Shown in pieces: positions 62,460 to 64,000 of a DNA stretch of 64,000 nt. The notes under the pieces are model-generated. The model worked only from the letters and a program-made list of their open reading frames with translations. It did not search any database and was not told the DNA's origin. A program made the position numbers and the translations under genes. Every line of letters begins with the position of its first letter. Position 1 is the first letter of the stretch. The DNA comes from Octopus sinensis. Taxonomy: Eukaryota. The stretch spans positions 41,354,001 to 41,418,000 of the forward strand of contig NC_043010.1 in the NCBI RefSeq assembly GCF_006345805.1, read 5' to 3'.

Positions 62460-64000
62460 TACATATATGTTTCTGCCAAACCAATAAGTAGTTGAGAATT
62501 TCCAAAGGGAAGAAGTCCAAGGCGCTTTAAGTGTGGGCAAAAGGCCCATGTAAAAGCCACGTGCCCACAGGTCCTACAACTTGAAGCACCGCCGCCATCT
62601 ATCATCTCACCACAGTCTGGCGACCCGAAAAAAAGCAAAGGGGAACCACCGTGATTAAACAACCCATCAACCCACCTCAAACTGATGACCCAAAAAAAGA
62701 CAGATGGAAGTCACTCAGCACCACAATGGAACAACCCATCAACCCACCACAGACTAACAACCCGAAAGAAAAAAGAAGTTGACCAGCATCACGATGAAAC
62801 AACCTATTAACCCATCACAAAGTGACAACCCGAAAGAAAAAAAGAAGTCGACCAACACCACCAAAAGGTAGCCCACATCAAATGTTCCACAGAGGGAATC
62901 GGGGAACCCCAAGACGGGCACCTCAAAGGAACTACCAACAACCTTGTTCGAGGAGAGCGACGATGGATGGACGATGGTCAAAAAGAGACGAAAAATGAAA
63001 GGCATCCCCCTCGCACATCAAAAAAAAAATACCACCAAAGAACACCAAAAACCCGCATCAACAACATACACACACAAACCACAAGCATCCTACTCAATTA
63101 CCTCACACAAAGAACTCATCAAAAACAAAGACAACCAAAAACCACACCATACACACACAAAACACAAACATCCTATTCATTTTCCCACCAAACCACATAT
63201 AATCTATTCACATAAGATATATCACCGCCAGCAACACCGGAAAAACCCACCTTAGATAAACATGCATACAGAAATTCACGTGTTACCCCATATTTAGCCC
63301 CACCACACCCGAACACTAGCGAACTCAAAAGACAATGCAAAGTTCTTTTTCATCAATTCGTACACGTTATTTAATCCTATGTTAATTCAACCCATTTTGT
63401 CTGGTGGAGGGGGGTCGTAGTGCTTCTTAGAAAGAATCCAAAGAAGGGGGACTACATGGATAATTTCTGGTCCATCACTATGCTCAACGCAGAGCTGGAG
63501 ACTTTGGCTAAAGTGCTGGCGAAGAGGTTGGCGCGTGTCGTGGATAAACTGGTTGGGATGGCGCACACATGCGCCATTCCAAACAGAACAATACACGACA
63601 ATCACCACCTCATGCACTTCACTATAGAGAGAGTGGCTAGAATTCCTGGCACAGAAGGGACTCTGGTCTATTTAGAAAGACTAAGGCGTCCTATAGAGCT
63701 GAAAATCGGTATCTGGCGGCGGTTCTCGAGGCAGCTGGGTTTGGCCCGGACATTAGCGGCTGGGTCACCGCCTTTTACAGTAACATTCAATCAGTTGTTC
63801 GGGTGAACGAATTTCGATCAGAGCCATTCTGCACTGAGCGCTCGGTTCGCAAGGGTGCCTTCTCTCCTACCTCCTGTACGCTCTGGCCCTTAAGCCATTA
63901 CTGCAGAAAATGGAGTCGCTGAGAGGAATCCCGCGTGATCTGGGATGCGGGAGGACAGTGACAGCGTACGCAGACGACATCACCGTCATGGTATCCAGTG
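62460..64000 (+). mobile_element. L1/Tx1-like LINE: ORF1 knuckle region joined to RT (endonuclease missing), runs off the window
   Basis: PRRFKCGQKAHVKATCP (eroded CCHC knuckle), NFWSITMLNAELETLAKVLAKRL, SVRKGC.LS.LLY.LAL.PLL, AYADDITV. Confidence 0.85.

Noticed and set aside
62655-62870. Repeat-spacer-like array resembling CRISPR
   Set aside because: Only three degenerate units, the 'spacers' are homologous to each other, and it lies in a eukaryotic LINE ORF1 region with no cas genes.

Overview
This is eukaryotic, strongly AT-rich and microsatellite-rich genomic DNA. It is most likely from an octopod cephalopod, which I infer from the SINE families, the dense (TACA)n/(TA)n arrays and the overall repeat landscape, not from a database search. 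I find one credible host gene, a minus-strand C2H2 zinc-finger gene. Its main exon (3699-5388) encodes five N-terminal fingers and a C-terminal Ikaros/Hunchback-type finger pair. A phase-compatible candidate first coding exon lies at 14884-14948. The rest is a graveyard of mobile elements: three Tc1/mariner remnants (DD37D and DD34D), Helitron remnants, MITEs, several SINE families, R4/Dong-like RLE LINEs nested on (TAA)n tracts, RTE and L1/Tx1 fragments, and many Penelope-like element (PLE) fragments including Naiad-type ones. The most unusual recurring signal is a set of type I hammerhead-ribozyme motifs, several of them inside fold-back or inverted duplications. The clearest case is a 220-bp palindrome at 43188-43407 with a hammerhead motif on each strand. 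Almost all other ORFs in the track are microsatellite translations. Boundaries of degenerate elements are approximate.
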